IMG/VR virus record: IMGVR_UViG_3300025362_000005
Location: 26,241 to 90,240 of that record
DNA from: a virus
Direction: 5' to 3' (one strand)
Length of the DNA: 64,000 bases
This document shows positions 27,751 through 37,798 of this stretch, piece after piece. The number at the start of each line of letters is the position of its first letter. The stretch's first letter is position 1. Both the position numbers and the translations under genes were made by a program. The notes beneath the pieces are model-generated. The model was not told the origin of the DNA and ran no database searches. It saw nothing but the letters and a program-made list of their open reading frames with translations.

Positions 27751-27967
27751 TGTATACAAAATATGGGAAATTGTATATATCAGTAGTTTATTGCATGGCG
27801 GGGTATACCGGGGTTACTCAGTGTATACAATGGTATACAAAATATGGGAAATTGTATATGATGGTATACAATGGTATACAAACAGAACCGGGTTGATGCG
27901 TGTACTAGTTGGGTAGTACACTAGTTGGGTAGTACACTAGTTGGGTAGTACACTAGTTGGGTAGTAC
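27751..27967. repeat. repeat cluster: gtatacaaaatatgggaaattgtatat x2, ggtatacaa units, 16-bp actagttgggtagtac x4 (27904-27967)
   Basis: Direct reading of the sequence. Confidence 0.9.
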
Positions 27968-28172
27968 AGTGGAACAGCCCCCCTACATAGACGTGAGTAC
28001 ACAACCACCCCCCTGTCCCTAGCCTAGCCCCCCCAAACTGTCTCCATATTATTGTTCTTTACACCCCACTGTGGTATATATTTTTTTACACTTTTACCCA
28101 TAAGGTTCATTAAACCCATAGCCACATAAACGCTGTCATTCGCACGTAAATAAACTTGTTATACATTTATAC

Positions 28173-28336
28173 TACTTTCAATACTTATTGCACTACACCG
28201 CGTTCTCATGCGTCTCACAGTAATATGGAATACCTGTACTCCTTGGGTTCTTTACGCTACTATATAAATTTCCTCTACTACACGTAAAAGAAATAGATAA
28301 CGTATTACCCCACTTTCAATACTTATTGCACTACAC
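28173..28336. repeat. 25-bp direct repeat actttcaatacttattgcactacac x2
   Basis: Copies near 28173 and 28312. Confidence 0.85.
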
Positions 28337-28404
28337 GTAATCCTCGTGTGTCTCATCAAGTTCTACAGCCTTATCTAACACTATATATTATCAATACTAG
28401 TATC

Positions 28405-28433
28405 TTGTAAAGAAGTTGGTAAAGAGGTAGTAT
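28405..28433 (+). promoter_or_regulatory. rightward promoter
   Basis: TTGTAA-17bp-TAGTAT before AGGAGG RBS. Confidence 0.55.
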
Positions 28434-28449
28434 AAGGCAGGAGGAAACA

Positions 28450-28686
28450 ATGACAGAAGCAAAAAACACGAGCACAGATTACAATGAATGGTATAGCAAG
28501 GTTGAGAGCATAAATGAAAAGTTTACCTGTGATAAATGCGGTAAAAAGTGGCGTATGGTGGAATTAAGCCGAGTAGCTATTAATTGGGCAACACCTGAGA
28601 ATTGTGTAGACAGGGTGTATGAGTTATGTCCTAATTGTCAAAAAGCTGTATTTAATTTTATAGAGGTAAATTATGAAAATAAATGA
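28450..28686 (+). CDS. small Zn-finger protein
   Basis: CDKCG..ELCPNC. Confidence 0.7.
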   Translation: MTEAKNTSTDYNEWYSKVESINEKFTCDKCGKKWRMVELSRVAINWATPENCVDRVYELCPNCQKAVFNFIEVNYENK

Positions 28687-28951
28687 ATCAAACAAAGCTC
28701 CACAGCGATCACCATCATTGTTAGCAAACGAAGCCAAGTGGAAAACTATTTTTAAGAAACACATGGGGCATAGCTTAAGTGTAGACATACCACGAGTAGG
28801 TATTGACCCCTATCTTGATAACGGTACACTTATGTGCCTTACCTGTGATAAGGTGGGAAATGCAGAGATTGTGGTTGATGAAGTAATAGAAAGCAGTATT
28901 GCTTTTAAAACCCTGCCTATATACAGGTACAGCTTATGGAATGTGGTTTAA
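28673..28951 (+). CDS. hypothetical protein
   Basis: GAGG RBS. Confidence 0.55.
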   Translation: MKINESNKAPQRSPSLLANEAKWKTIFKKHMGHSLSVDIPRVGIDPYLDNGTLMCLTCDKVGNAEIVVDEVIESSIAFKTLPIYRYSLWNVV

Positions 28952-29019
28952 TACCACTCAAATGAAAGCACTACGATCAGTGCTTGACACGATTATAGAA
29001 AATTCGGAAGGAGAAACAA

Positions 29020-29229
29020 ATGGCTAAAAGCACACAACCACGTATAGAAGTGGTTCAGCACGAGGAATTCGTGGTAAAGATTGGAGAGGATAAATTAAGG
29101 TTAAGTCGAGATGAAGCACTAAAGCTTTATAACGAGCTACAAACCGTATTGGCAATAGAAATAAAATGTGAAGAGGTAGAAATTACGCTAGACCCCGTTT
29201 GCCCTTGTATACCTTGGTATAGGCCATAA
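29020..29229 (+). CDS. hypothetical protein
   Basis: AAGGAG RBS. Confidence 0.55.
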   Translation: MAKSTQPRIEVVQHEEFVVKIGEDKLRLSRDEALKLYNELQTVLAIEIKCEEVEITLDPVCPCIPWYRP

Positions 29230-29364
29230 AACCCATATATAACTGTGTAAAAACAGGTGACATCAAACAGCATTTAAACCACCTGTATTGCAGTTATTGT
29301 CGGGGTACAAGTGAGAAAAGTAGTGACACCCACTTTTATGGGTATTACTGTGTAAGGAGAAAGA

Positions 29365-29721
29365 ATGAATTTCAGAATAAAGCTACCAATATTTAATGTA
29401 GACTGTGAATTTTATATAGGGGTTGAAAACATACCCACGTATTATAAAGCACTTGTTAAAGAAGGATATAAAGGTACACAGCCTGAAAACGTTGATAGCA
29501 AGGGACTCGCATGGGGCAGTTATGTTTACTTGAAAGACATGACTGATGACAGCAATATAGCACATGAGCTCGTGCATTTAGTGACAAATATACTAGAGGA
29601 CAGAGGAGTTGAGTGTGATGAAACTCGTGCATATATCACAGGATATATAACAGGAAAGTTTTATAAGAAAGCTAAAGAATTAAAAGAAAAGGAGAAGAAC
29701 GATGCCTACGTACAGTTATAA
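29365..29721 (+). CDS. HExxH metallopeptidase-like phage protein
   Basis: AHELVH..DETRAY. Confidence 0.7.
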   Translation: MNFRIKLPIFNVDCEFYIGVENIPTYYKALVKEGYKGTQPENVDSKGLAWGSYVYLKDMTDDSNIAHELVHLVTNILEDRGVECDETRAYITGYITGKFYKKAKELKEKEKNDAYVQL

Positions 29722-29887
29722 ATGCCCAAATTGTGGCAAGATAATAGAAGAGTTTCACGCTATGAGTGACACCCCGGTTTTTGTTTGTGACACCTGTGGA
29801 AATAAATTTGTGAGAGTAGTCAGTGGAGGCACCGCTACACTCTATAAATCGAGTGGTTTTACAAAATACAATGGACGAAGCAATTAA
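29702..29887 (+). CDS. FmdB-family zinc ribbon protein
   Basis: MPTYSYKCPNCG..CDTCG..KSSGF. Confidence 0.85.
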   Translation: MPTYSYKCPNCGKIIEEFHAMSDTPVFVCDTCGNKFVRVVSGGTATLYKSSGFTKYNGRSN

Positions 29888-29959
29888 CAGGACATGAATA
29901 GGACAGCAAATCATGTATTTAGGCGTATAAAACAGCGTTAACAGGACATGAATAGGACA
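29884..29959. repeat. 22-bp direct repeat ttaacaggacatgaataggaca x2
   Basis: 29884-29905 and 29938-29959. Confidence 0.85.
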
Positions 29960-30027
29960 ATAAACAGAAATGAGACAGATGACTCATTAAGTGGGTTAGT
30001 GAGCATATATGGGGCAAAGGGGAAACA

Positions 30028-30759
30028 GTGGAAACAAGTCTTACAAAAGAAATAAAATACAAATTACTTGAACACTATAGAACCAAGCGTGATATGCGTG
30101 TGGCACAAGAATGTGGAAACATGGATGTACTCGCTATTAGCAAAGAAGGAATTAGTTATGAGTTTGAAGTAAAAATCAGTAAGAGTGATTTAGTAGCTGA
30201 TAAGAAAAAGACAAAACATAAACGAAGACACATGACACATTTCTTCTATTACGTGGTTACACAAGAGCTAGGGGAAACAGCGTTATTACAAGCAAGTGCA
30301 TTAAGCGATTCCTATGGAGTCATGACATATAACGGCACGGGGTTTGAAACGCTTAAACGGGCTAAAAAACGCAAGACAAGCGTAGATTTAGAGAATCTGT
30401 TATATGGACATATTAGTTATGCTTATTTACGTAACTACAAGAAGGTTTGCTTATATGAAACCGATAGAGAATTGTTTATTCCACACGGGGTTTCTAAAAG
30501 AGCGGAAACCGTTTACAGGAACTTATTGAAAACTTACTCCATAGACATTGTAGAGCTATTTCTCTATAATGTAGATAAAGATGTTATTACATACAACAAC
30601 AAATACACTATAGTGTTTAAAGAGAAATCATGCTATGTGGCACAAAAACTAGTACACTACAAAAAACCTGTGTATGGTGATAGTTGGGTGGAGACAGTAT
30701 TACAGGGGGTAGATAAATGGATAAACGACTCAAAAAAAGACATAGTATTCACGATGTAG
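30028..30759 (+). CDS. PD-(D/E)XK nuclease-fold protein (MmcB-like)
   Basis: MDVLAI..EFEVKISKSDL.AD..K..FYYVV. Confidence 0.75.
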   Translation: METSLTKEIKYKLLEHYRTKRDMRVAQECGNMDVLAISKEGISYEFEVKISKSDLVADKKKTKHKRRHMTHFFYYVVTQELGETALLQASALSDSYGVMTYNGTGFETLKRAKKRKTSVDLENLLYGHISYAYLRNYKKVCLYETDRELFIPHGVSKRAETVYRNLLKTYSIDIVELFLYNVDKDVITYNNKYTIVFKEKSCYVAQKLVHYKKPVYGDSWVETVLQGVDKWINDSKKDIVFTM

Positions 30760-31016
30760 CAGTGTTATGTAGAGTACAGGACTATATCGTTCGCGACTAT
30801 GAGCAAGGCGTTATAGACTCATTAGATTTTACTACATGGATGTCATTAGCGTCCTACTATGGCAGAGATATGCTACTCATTCCATTTTATATTCACAGTT
30901 TGGAAAGGGATTTGAGTGATATATATTTTATGCACTTACGGGCTGGTGAGCCGATACAGTTCAGTTGCCTACAGACTATGAAGGAAATGAAACAAATGAA
31001 GGAGACAGAATGTTAG
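30717..31016 (+). CDS. hypothetical protein
   Basis: GGGG RBS, coupled ORF. Confidence 0.5.
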   Translation: MDKRLKKRHSIHDVAVLCRVQDYIVRDYEQGVIDSLDFTTWMSLASYYGRDMLLIPFYIHSLERDLSDIYFMHLRAGEPIQFSCLQTMKEMKQMKETEC

Positions 31017-32251
31017 AAAATATTCCAAATTCAAGATTAAAAGAAGTGAGCGAGTATACAGAGACTTTTGGCATAGAGAAAGCTGAAATTTTCTTTGGTA
31101 TACTGCGTGATACTATTAAGCGATACATTAGATTGTATAAGAAGAGAATGGAAGAAGGAGAAAAAGTGGAAGGAATAGATGGAGTCAAAGAAGAGGTTGT
31201 TGAAAAAAACACTATTAAACAAACAGTGTTGTCATCAACCAAATTCACAAATGCTGAACAACTAGCAGAGTTTTGTAATATAGATTTGAGTATTTGGGAA
31301 GCATCTAAAATTGTAACCAATCAATGGGGTAAAACAGATCAACCTATGTGGCAGTTCAAGGTCATATGGAATAGAATCAAGGGACTCAGCCCACTGAATG
31401 TTGTTGAGTTACTGGAAAAAAACTTAGAGAAATATGATGCACCCGTACTTCCTGTGTATGAGCAAAAACAGGGAAATGTTACAATTGAGGTGGAAATTCC
31501 GGACATACATTTGGGGCGTTTATCGTGGCATCGCGAGACAGATCACGACTACAACTCAGAAATTGCGTATAACGAATGGATAAAAGCTCATCAGTATTTT
31601 TATAATCAAACATCCCATTTAGCAGTAGAGAAAATGGTGTGCGTTATTGGTTCAGATTTTTTTAATTGTGAAGGAGCATCGGGAGAGACTACAAAAGGTA
31701 CACGTCAAGTAGAAGATGGGAGATGGCAACGTAGTTTTGAAATAGGCTGTAGAGCCTCTGTAGATGCAATAGAGTTTTGGCGTTCAAAAGGGATGGCTGT
31801 AGAAATAAAGATTATTCCCGGAAATCACGATATGGAACGAATATATTATCTAGGAGCTTACTTAGTGGCTTGGTACAAAGACGTTGCTGAAGTTACAATA
31901 GACAACGCACCAACAGTAAGAAAGTATTTTGTATATGGACGTAACATGATCGGGTTCTCGCACGGACAAGCAGATTATAAACGATTACGTACTGTGTATC
32001 AATCAGAAATGAGAGAACATTTGTCCACATGTGACTGTATTGAATTTCATGTAGGGCATACACATCAAGAAAAAGTGGTAGAGGATTTTGGTAGTGTAAT
32101 TATACGTACTATTCCGTCATTGGCACAACATGGAAATTGGGAATATGAAATGGGGTATACAGGTAATAGACGAGCACAAGCATTTATATGGCATAAAACC
32201 AAGGGATTGATGAACATAGAGTATTACACGCCTGATTTTTTAGATAAATAG
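31010..32251 (+). CDS. calcineurin-like metallophosphoesterase/nuclease
   Basis: DIHLG, GSDFFN, GNHD, SHG, GHTH; start at ATG 31010 after AAGGAG. Confidence 0.85.
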   Translation: MLENIPNSRLKEVSEYTETFGIEKAEIFFGILRDTIKRYIRLYKKRMEEGEKVEGIDGVKEEVVEKNTIKQTVLSSTKFTNAEQLAEFCNIDLSIWEASKIVTNQWGKTDQPMWQFKVIWNRIKGLSPLNVVELLEKNLEKYDAPVLPVYEQKQGNVTIEVEIPDIHLGRLSWHRETDHDYNSEIAYNEWIKAHQYFYNQTSHLAVEKMVCVIGSDFFNCEGASGETTKGTRQVEDGRWQRSFEIGCRASVDAIEFWRSKGMAVEIKIIPGNHDMERIYYLGAYLVAWYKDVAEVTIDNAPTVRKYFVYGRNMIGFSHGQADYKRLRTVYQSEMREHLSTCDCIEFHVGHTHQEKVVEDFGSVIIRTIPSLAQHGNWEYEMGYTGNRRAQAFIWHKTKGLMNIEYYTPDFLDK

Positions 32252-32259
32252 GAGAAGAA

Positions 32260-33153
32260 ATGAATGTACTGAGTTTATTTGATGGGATGAGTTGTGGGCA
32301 AATTGCGTTGGAAAGAGCAGGGGTTAAAGTAGATAATTATTATGCGAGTGAGATAAAAGCTCATGCGATTAAAGTAGCACAATATAACTACCCAAGTACG
32401 ATACAATTAGGGGATGTAACAAAACTAAATACTAGTCAGTTACCTAAAATTGATTTACTAATTGGGGGCAGCCCTTGCCAAGATTTTTCAAGGCTAAAAG
32501 TAGGGGATGATAGAAGTGGTTTACGCGGTAGTAAAAGTAATTTATTTTATGAGTATTTACGTATTTTAAAAGAAGTGCATCCTACATACTTTTTGTTGGA
32601 AAATGTGAAGATGAAAAGGGAACATAAAGAGGAGCTTGATAACTATTTAGGTGTACGTGGAATTAATATTAATAGTAATATGTTTTCGTTCCAAAACAGA
32701 GATAGATTTTATTGGACAAACATATCTATAGCACCTTATATAGATAAAAACATAAATTTTCAAGATTATAAGGACACTGATACGACTTATTGTTTTAATT
32801 TTAAAGCAAATAAAACTCCGAGTAGGGTGAGGATGTATGAGAAGCAGTGTCCAAATGTTACTTATAGAAAGAAGATAAATTGTGTAACATGTAAGCAGGA
32901 TAGGTGGAGTAATTCAGGATTAATTGATTTTGATGGATTTTGTAGGTATTTGACTACAAGGGAATTGGAATTAGCGCAAACAGTGCCTATAGGGTACACA
33001 AAATGTTTAAGTATGAGACAAGCGGAAAATGTATTGGGGGATGGATGGACAGTGGATGTCATAGCACATATTTTAAAAGGAATTGAACATCCTTATGAAT
33101 TGACAGATGAGGAAGAACAAAACAAGCCTTTATTCGATTTAGGGGACAAATAA
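32260..33153 (+). CDS. DNA (cytosine-5) methyltransferase
   Basis: LSLFDG, GGSPCQ, ENV, QNRDR, LGDGW; no adjacent restriction enzyme. Confidence 0.92.
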   Translation: MNVLSLFDGMSCGQIALERAGVKVDNYYASEIKAHAIKVAQYNYPSTIQLGDVTKLNTSQLPKIDLLIGGSPCQDFSRLKVGDDRSGLRGSKSNLFYEYLRILKEVHPTYFLLENVKMKREHKEELDNYLGVRGININSNMFSFQNRDRFYWTNISIAPYIDKNINFQDYKDTDTTYCFNFKANKTPSRVRMYEKQCPNVTYRKKINCVTCKQDRWSNSGLIDFDGFCRYLTTRELELAQTVPIGYTKCLSMRQAENVLGDGWTVDVIAHILKGIEHPYELTDEEEQNKPLFDLGDK

Positions 33154-33162
33154 TCACCTACA

Positions 33163-33191
33163 TTGCATTTAATTAATTTATAAGATAGAGT
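33163..33191 (+). promoter_or_regulatory. promoter for the packaging/structural operon
   Basis: TTGCAT-17bp-TAGAGT followed by ATAGT, as in the promoters at 3301 and 16179. Confidence 0.6.
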
Positions 33192-33219
33192 ATAGTAAAT
33201 AACAAGAAAGGAGAACAAA

Positions 33220-33507
33220 GTGATAGTAAAAATAGTAGGAAAAGTAAATGGTACTTATACAGAGAGGGTTGAGGACGATGTAAAACGGTATTTATTTGAA
33301 AATAGGTGTGACGAATTAGAGACCCTAGTATTCACTGGGCCGAGAGATGTTCCTTATTCACGTGTAACACTTATATTTAAGGATAAGGATGAAGACAAGG
33401 GAGACCCTCCTATTAGCATTTCTTTCAATGACAAAGTATTTTGTATGGAGGGCTCTAACGGGCGTACAATAGACATACTCAAATATGATGCTCGAAAGGA
33501 TTACTAA
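33220..33507 (+). CDS. hypothetical protein
   Basis: AAGGAG RBS, GTG start. Confidence 0.6.
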   Translation: MIVKIVGKVNGTYTERVEDDVKRYLFENRCDELETLVFTGPRDVPYSRVTLIFKDKDEDKGDPPISISFNDKVFCMEGSNGRTIDILKYDARKDY

Positions 33508-34148
33508 TGTCTGATGGGCAAGAAGTAATAACCAAATTAGAAAAAGACTCGACATGGTTTAAGACATTAAAGCCACAGGAAAAGCTGTATGTAGCATATG
33601 TATGCACAAATGGTGGGAGTGCTTTAAAGGCGGCGAAGAAAGCAGGTCGTAAAAGTGTGGGTGCATTGGCATCTAGTGAAGCAATCATGGAAGCCAAAAA
33701 GGAATTTATGACCGCGGTACTTGCTGACAGAGTTTCGGAACTAGAGTCAAAGATAACGCATGTACTATGGACACGAGCATTTTATAATCCATTTGATTTG
33801 ATTGATGAAATGGGACAGCCACTGACTGCGGATGGTTTCCCCTATGATTCTGATACCTTTAGTTTAAAAGAGTACAAAGAACGTATTGGGGATTTGGCGG
33901 TATGTATTGAAGGCGTGAAACGATTAATAAACCCACGGAGTCCTGATTCGATTATTATAACATTAGAACTAGCAGATAGACGACAGGCACTAAAAGAGCT
34001 AACAAATTACATTGGTATGAGCCATGAGGACACTGCTGAAAAAGGTAGTTCATTTGTGGTTAATGTAACTGTTGATACAGAGCATGTGAAAAAAGAGGCT
34101 TATAAAATAGCTGAGTATAAACCTGACCCTAAAGTTAAGGTTTTGTAG
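33507..34148 (+). CDS. terS: terminase small subunit
   Basis: N-terminal HTH (ALKAAKKAG), LADRRQALKEL..YIG; directly upstream of terL. Confidence 0.75.
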   Translation: MSDGQEVITKLEKDSTWFKTLKPQEKLYVAYVCTNGGSALKAAKKAGRKSVGALASSEAIMEAKKEFMTAVLADRVSELESKITHVLWTRAFYNPFDLIDEMGQPLTADGFPYDSDTFSLKEYKERIGDLAVCIEGVKRLINPRSPDSIIITLELADRRQALKELTNYIGMSHEDTAEKGSSFVVNVTVDTEHVKKEAYKIAEYKPDPKVKVL

Positions 34149-34166
34149 AATATAAGGAATGAATGA

Positions 34167-37100
34167 ATGGCATTAGATATAAAATTACACCCAAAGCAAC
34201 TACTCGCACTCAACACACCTGCAACAGAAGTGTTATATGGCGGAGCTGTAGGCGGTGGAAAAGCATTAGATGTACATACACCTATACTCACTACGTGTGG
34301 TTGGAAAACTATGGAGACACTTGTTGTAGGGGACAGGGTATTTGATGAGTTGGGACTTCCTTGTAATGTAGTAGCTAAATCCAAAGTAGATAAAAAAAGT
34401 GCTACGTATGAAGTTGAGTTTGATGGCAACAAAGACAAAGTTGTGGCATGTGATGGACGACATCAGTGGAGCACGTTGACACGCACAGATAGAACAGCAA
34501 AGATTGAAAGGTTTCCCACTCCTAAAACCACGAATGAAATACGTCATAGTCTAACAGCAGAACGTGGTAAACGAAACAATCATTCTATACAGGTGACAGA
34601 ACCCCTACAGTTTGTGGAGAAATTACTTGACATAGACCCTTATATTTTAGGGGTATTTCTTGGTGGGGGCATGTATGATCGTAAAGCAAAGAAAGGTATG
34701 GTTATTACAAGCAAGTGTGCTTCAACAACAACCAATTTAGCTACGTATAAAGGTGGAAAATATTACGACAAAGAGCATTGGAAAGACTTACTAAAGATTG
34801 TGGGGTTATATGGATTAGAACCACGTGACCATTTTATACCCATAGATTATCAACTTGGTTCAGTAGCCCAACGCACAGAGTTACTTAAAGGTATGTTAGA
34901 TGTACGGGGCACTATTTACAGTGATAGTTTTAAGTATAAGCGTTCAGCGGGACAAGTAGAGATGTATACCGATGGGCAACAGCTCTGTAAAGATGTTCAT
35001 TTCATGTTGTTGTCACTGGGGCAAAAATCATGGATGTATGAACGAGAAGAGAATAATCGTAAAAGAAGACCAAGTTGTGCATGGCGTGTACGTGTATATG
35101 CTGATATGATATTGTTTAATAGTCGTGATAGGGCCACACAACAACGCCATAGCATGGGTAGTATTAGAACAGCTCGTCAACGACATTATATTTCTGATGT
35201 ACGTAAAGTAGAAAAACGTGCGGTACAATGTATACAGGTTGACAGTCCTTCTAATTGTTATCTTGCCGGTGAATATTTAATACCTACTCACAATAGTTAT
35301 TTAATGCGAGTAGCATCTATTGTTTGGGCTATGGAGGTACCGGGCATACAAATATATTTATTTAGATTAACACAGAAAGAATTGGATGACAATCACATGG
35401 TAGGTAGCGGTGGATATTACACCCTACTTCTTGATGCAGTTCATTCCAAATATGTGAAGATAAACAGCTCTAAAAACATTATACAATTTAGGAATGGAAA
35501 GCACAATAGTTTTATGGGTGGTTCTATAATTCATTTATGCCATTGTCAGCATGAGGATGATAAATACTTATACAAAGGTGCGGAGATGGATGTGCTGATG
35601 ATTGATGAAGCCACTCACTTTACCCATACAAAATATGAGTATTTGCGAACACGTGTTAGACGCCCCAAAGACAATCCACTTCCCGATGCAGTAATAAAAA
35701 AATACGGGGAAAAATACTTCCCACGTATATTGCTTGGAACTAATCCGGGCGGTATTTCACATTGTGTAAGATTTGGTAATGTATTGACAACAAAAGGGTT
35801 TGTACCTATACAAGATGTTGTTGTTGGTGATATGGTGTTATCTATGAACGCAGACACATTTGATATTGAACGAAACAAAGTAACAGAAACGTTTGAATAT
35901 GATTACACAGGAAACATTGTTCATATAGATAATAAAAAGATTAATATAGAGTGTACGCCGAATCATAGTATTGCTTACATACCTGACCCAAAGAAGAACA
36001 AGTATTTTAAGATGAAACCTTTTACTGAACTACCGAATCAAGCAAATGTTGTGAGAGCAGGGAACAAAATAAAAGGGGGGAGTAGGCGTAGAGTATTTAA
36101 AATTGCTGATGAATATCATTTAAAACAACAGAGGGCAAATCAGCCATTAAAGATAAAGTATAGAGACTACGCTGAATTAATGGGATGGGTATTATCAGAA
36201 GGATTCTTTGTTGCTGATAAAAAGTATGGGTCTCCACGATTTGCTATAGCGCAGAGTAAGAAGAATACACGGCTTATTATTGAGGACTTGCTAGATAGGT
36301 GTGGGTTTACTTATAATTATCATTCACAGGCGTACACAATGTACTCTTATGAGTGGGCACATTATATTAAGCAGTTTGGTAAATGTGAGGACAAATTTAT
36401 ACCACGTGAGTTACTTAATTCCACGGATATTGATGCTGTTTTTACATCGTTGATGTTAGGTGATGGTCATTGGATAACGGATGAAAGCGGAAATTACTCT
36501 ACTTACAGCACTAGGCTACGAGACGATGTTATGGAGCTGTGTGTTAAATTAGGATACACAGTACATTATACAATTCGTCAGCAAGAGGATAGAAGACTTC
36601 CTACACAAGTGGTACATTTTCACAAAACGAAACAACCTGTTACTGAAATATTTACGGGGAACAAACGATACAAAAATAGAAAAGAAGTTACAGTACATGA
36701 TAGTAACTGTTCTGAAGAGTACGTAGAAAACGAAAAGATTTATTGTATTGAAGTAGAAAATAACCATAACTTCTTCTTAGAACAGAATGGGCATGTATGG
36801 TTATCTGGCAATTCGTTTTGGAGACGAGAATTTGTAAAAATAGCTGAACCAATGACGATTACGCAGATGCCAAACACGAAAGGCGGTATGTTACGACAGT
36901 TTATACCCGCACAATTATCTGACAATCCTTCAATAGACAAAGAAGAGTATGAGGGCAAGGTAATGGGTGTCGGTAATGAAGCCACGGTACGTATGTTGCT
37001 TGAAGGTGATTGGGACGCAGTTGCAGGTGGAATGTTTGATGATGTATGGGATGAAACCGTGCATATGATACCGCCATTTGAAATTCCTTATACATGGTAT

Positions 37101-37793
37101 TGTGACCGATCTTTTGATTGGGGACACACAGACCCGTTTAGTGTTGGTTGGTGGGCTCAGTCAGATGGTAGTTCAGTAAAATTGGCTGACACCGTAGCAG
37201 AAGATGGTACAGTAGTAAAAGGAGAAACAGTAGTATTTCCAAAAGGTAGTTTATTTCGTATAGCAGAATGGTATGGATGGACAGGTGAAGAAAATATCGG
37301 CATAGGACTTACTGCCTATGAGATTGGGCAAGGTATTGCTAAAATGGAAAGAACAAATGATGTATTGAAAAACATTGAGAAGATAGTGCCGGGCCCCGGA
37401 GATCATCAGGTATGGAATAACAGCCCCAAGCAGGACTCTAGTTACCGTTCACTTATTCATGAATTAAACTCAGGGTATTATGGAAATGACCACTATATGC
37501 TGTTTGATATATTCACAAAAGCAGATCAAACAGCGGGTAGTCGTCCACGAGGATGGGACATATTAAGGACTCACTTGAAAAATTCTGTAAATTATCCTAA
37601 GATAGATAGACCATGTTTATTTGTGTTCAACACATGCCCTACACCAAATAGGATATTACCGACATTAATCAGACATGATAAGAAGATTGAGGATATCGCA
37701 GACCATCTTGAAGATCACGTTGCGGATGAAATAAGATATCGAGTACAGCACTCTGTACATGAAACAAAACGAATACCAACAAGGGTGGGTTAA
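34167..37793 (+). CDS. terL: terminase large subunit with two inteins (about 514 aa after splicing)
   Basis: YGGAVGGGK|S Walker A, IDEATHF Walker B, TNPGG, FDWG, EDHVADEIRY. Confidence 0.95.
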   Translation: MALDIKLHPKQLLALNTPATEVLYGGAVGGGKALDVHTPILTTCGWKTMETLVVGDRVFDELGLPCNVVAKSKVDKKSATYEVEFDGNKDKVVACDGRHQWSTLTRTDRTAKIERFPTPKTTNEIRHSLTAERGKRNNHSIQVTEPLQFVEKLLDIDPYILGVFLGGGMYDRKAKKGMVITSKCASTTTNLATYKGGKYYDKEHWKDLLKIVGLYGLEPRDHFIPIDYQLGSVAQRTELLKGMLDVRGTIYSDSFKYKRSAGQVEMYTDGQQLCKDVHFMLLSLGQKSWMYEREENNRKRRPSCAWRVRVYADMILFNSRDRATQQRHSMGSIRTARQRHYISDVRKVEKRAVQCIQVDSPSNCYLAGEYLIPTHNSYLMRVASIVWAMEVPGIQIYLFRLTQKELDDNHMVGSGGYYTLLLDAVHSKYVKINSSKNIIQFRNGKHNSFMGGSIIHLCHCQHEDDKYLYKGAEMDVLMIDEATHFTHTKYEYLRTRVRRPKDNPLPDAVIKKYGEKYFPRILLGTNPGGISHCVRFGNVLTTKGFVPIQDVVVGDMVLSMNADTFDIERNKVTETFEYDYTGNIVHIDNKKINIECTPNHSIAYIPDPKKNKYFKMKPFTELPNQANVVRAGNKIKGGSRRRVFKIADEYHLKQQRANQPLKIKYRDYAELMGWVLSEGFFVADKKYGSPRFAIAQSKKNTRLIIEDLLDRCGFTYNYHSQAYTMYSYEWAHYIKQFGKCEDKFIPRELLNSTDIDAVFTSLMLGDGHWITDESGNYSTYSTRLRDDVMELCVKLGYTVHYTIRQQEDRRLPTQVVHFHKTKQPVTEIFTGNKRYKNRKEVTVHDSNCSEEYVENEKIYCIEVENNHNFFLEQNGHVWLSGNSFWRREFVKIAEPMTITQMPNTKGGMLRQFIPAQLSDNPSIDKEEYEGKVMGVGNEATVRMLLEGDWDAVAGGMFDDVWDETVHMIPPFEIPYTWYCDRSFDWGHTDPFSVGWWAQSDGSSVKLADTVAEDGTVVKGETVVFPKGSLFRIAEWYGWTGEENIGIGLTAYEIGQGIAKMERTNDVLKNIEKIVPGPGDHQVWNNSPKQDSSYRSLIHELNSGYYGNDHYMLFDIFTKADQTAGSRPRGWDILRTHLKNSVNYPKIDRPCLFVFNTCPTPNRILPTLIRHDKKIEDIADHLEDHVADEIRYRVQHSVHETKRIPTRVG
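34263..35294 (+). mobile_element. class 3 (Ala1, WCT) intein, 344 aa, degenerate LAGLIDADG
   Basis: GK|ALDVHTP...HQW...VQCIQV...PTHN|S. Confidence 0.9.
35763..36812 (+). mobile_element. class 1 intein, 350 aa, LAGLIDADG
   Basis: SH|CVRFG...TPNH...LMGWVLSEG...LMLGDG...SGN|S. Confidence 0.9.
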
Positions 37794-37798
37794 TTATA

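Noticed and set aside
24398-27967. Possible CRISPR array among the repeats
   Set aside because: Repeats are either tandem without spacers or pairs separated by whole ORFs; no cas genes
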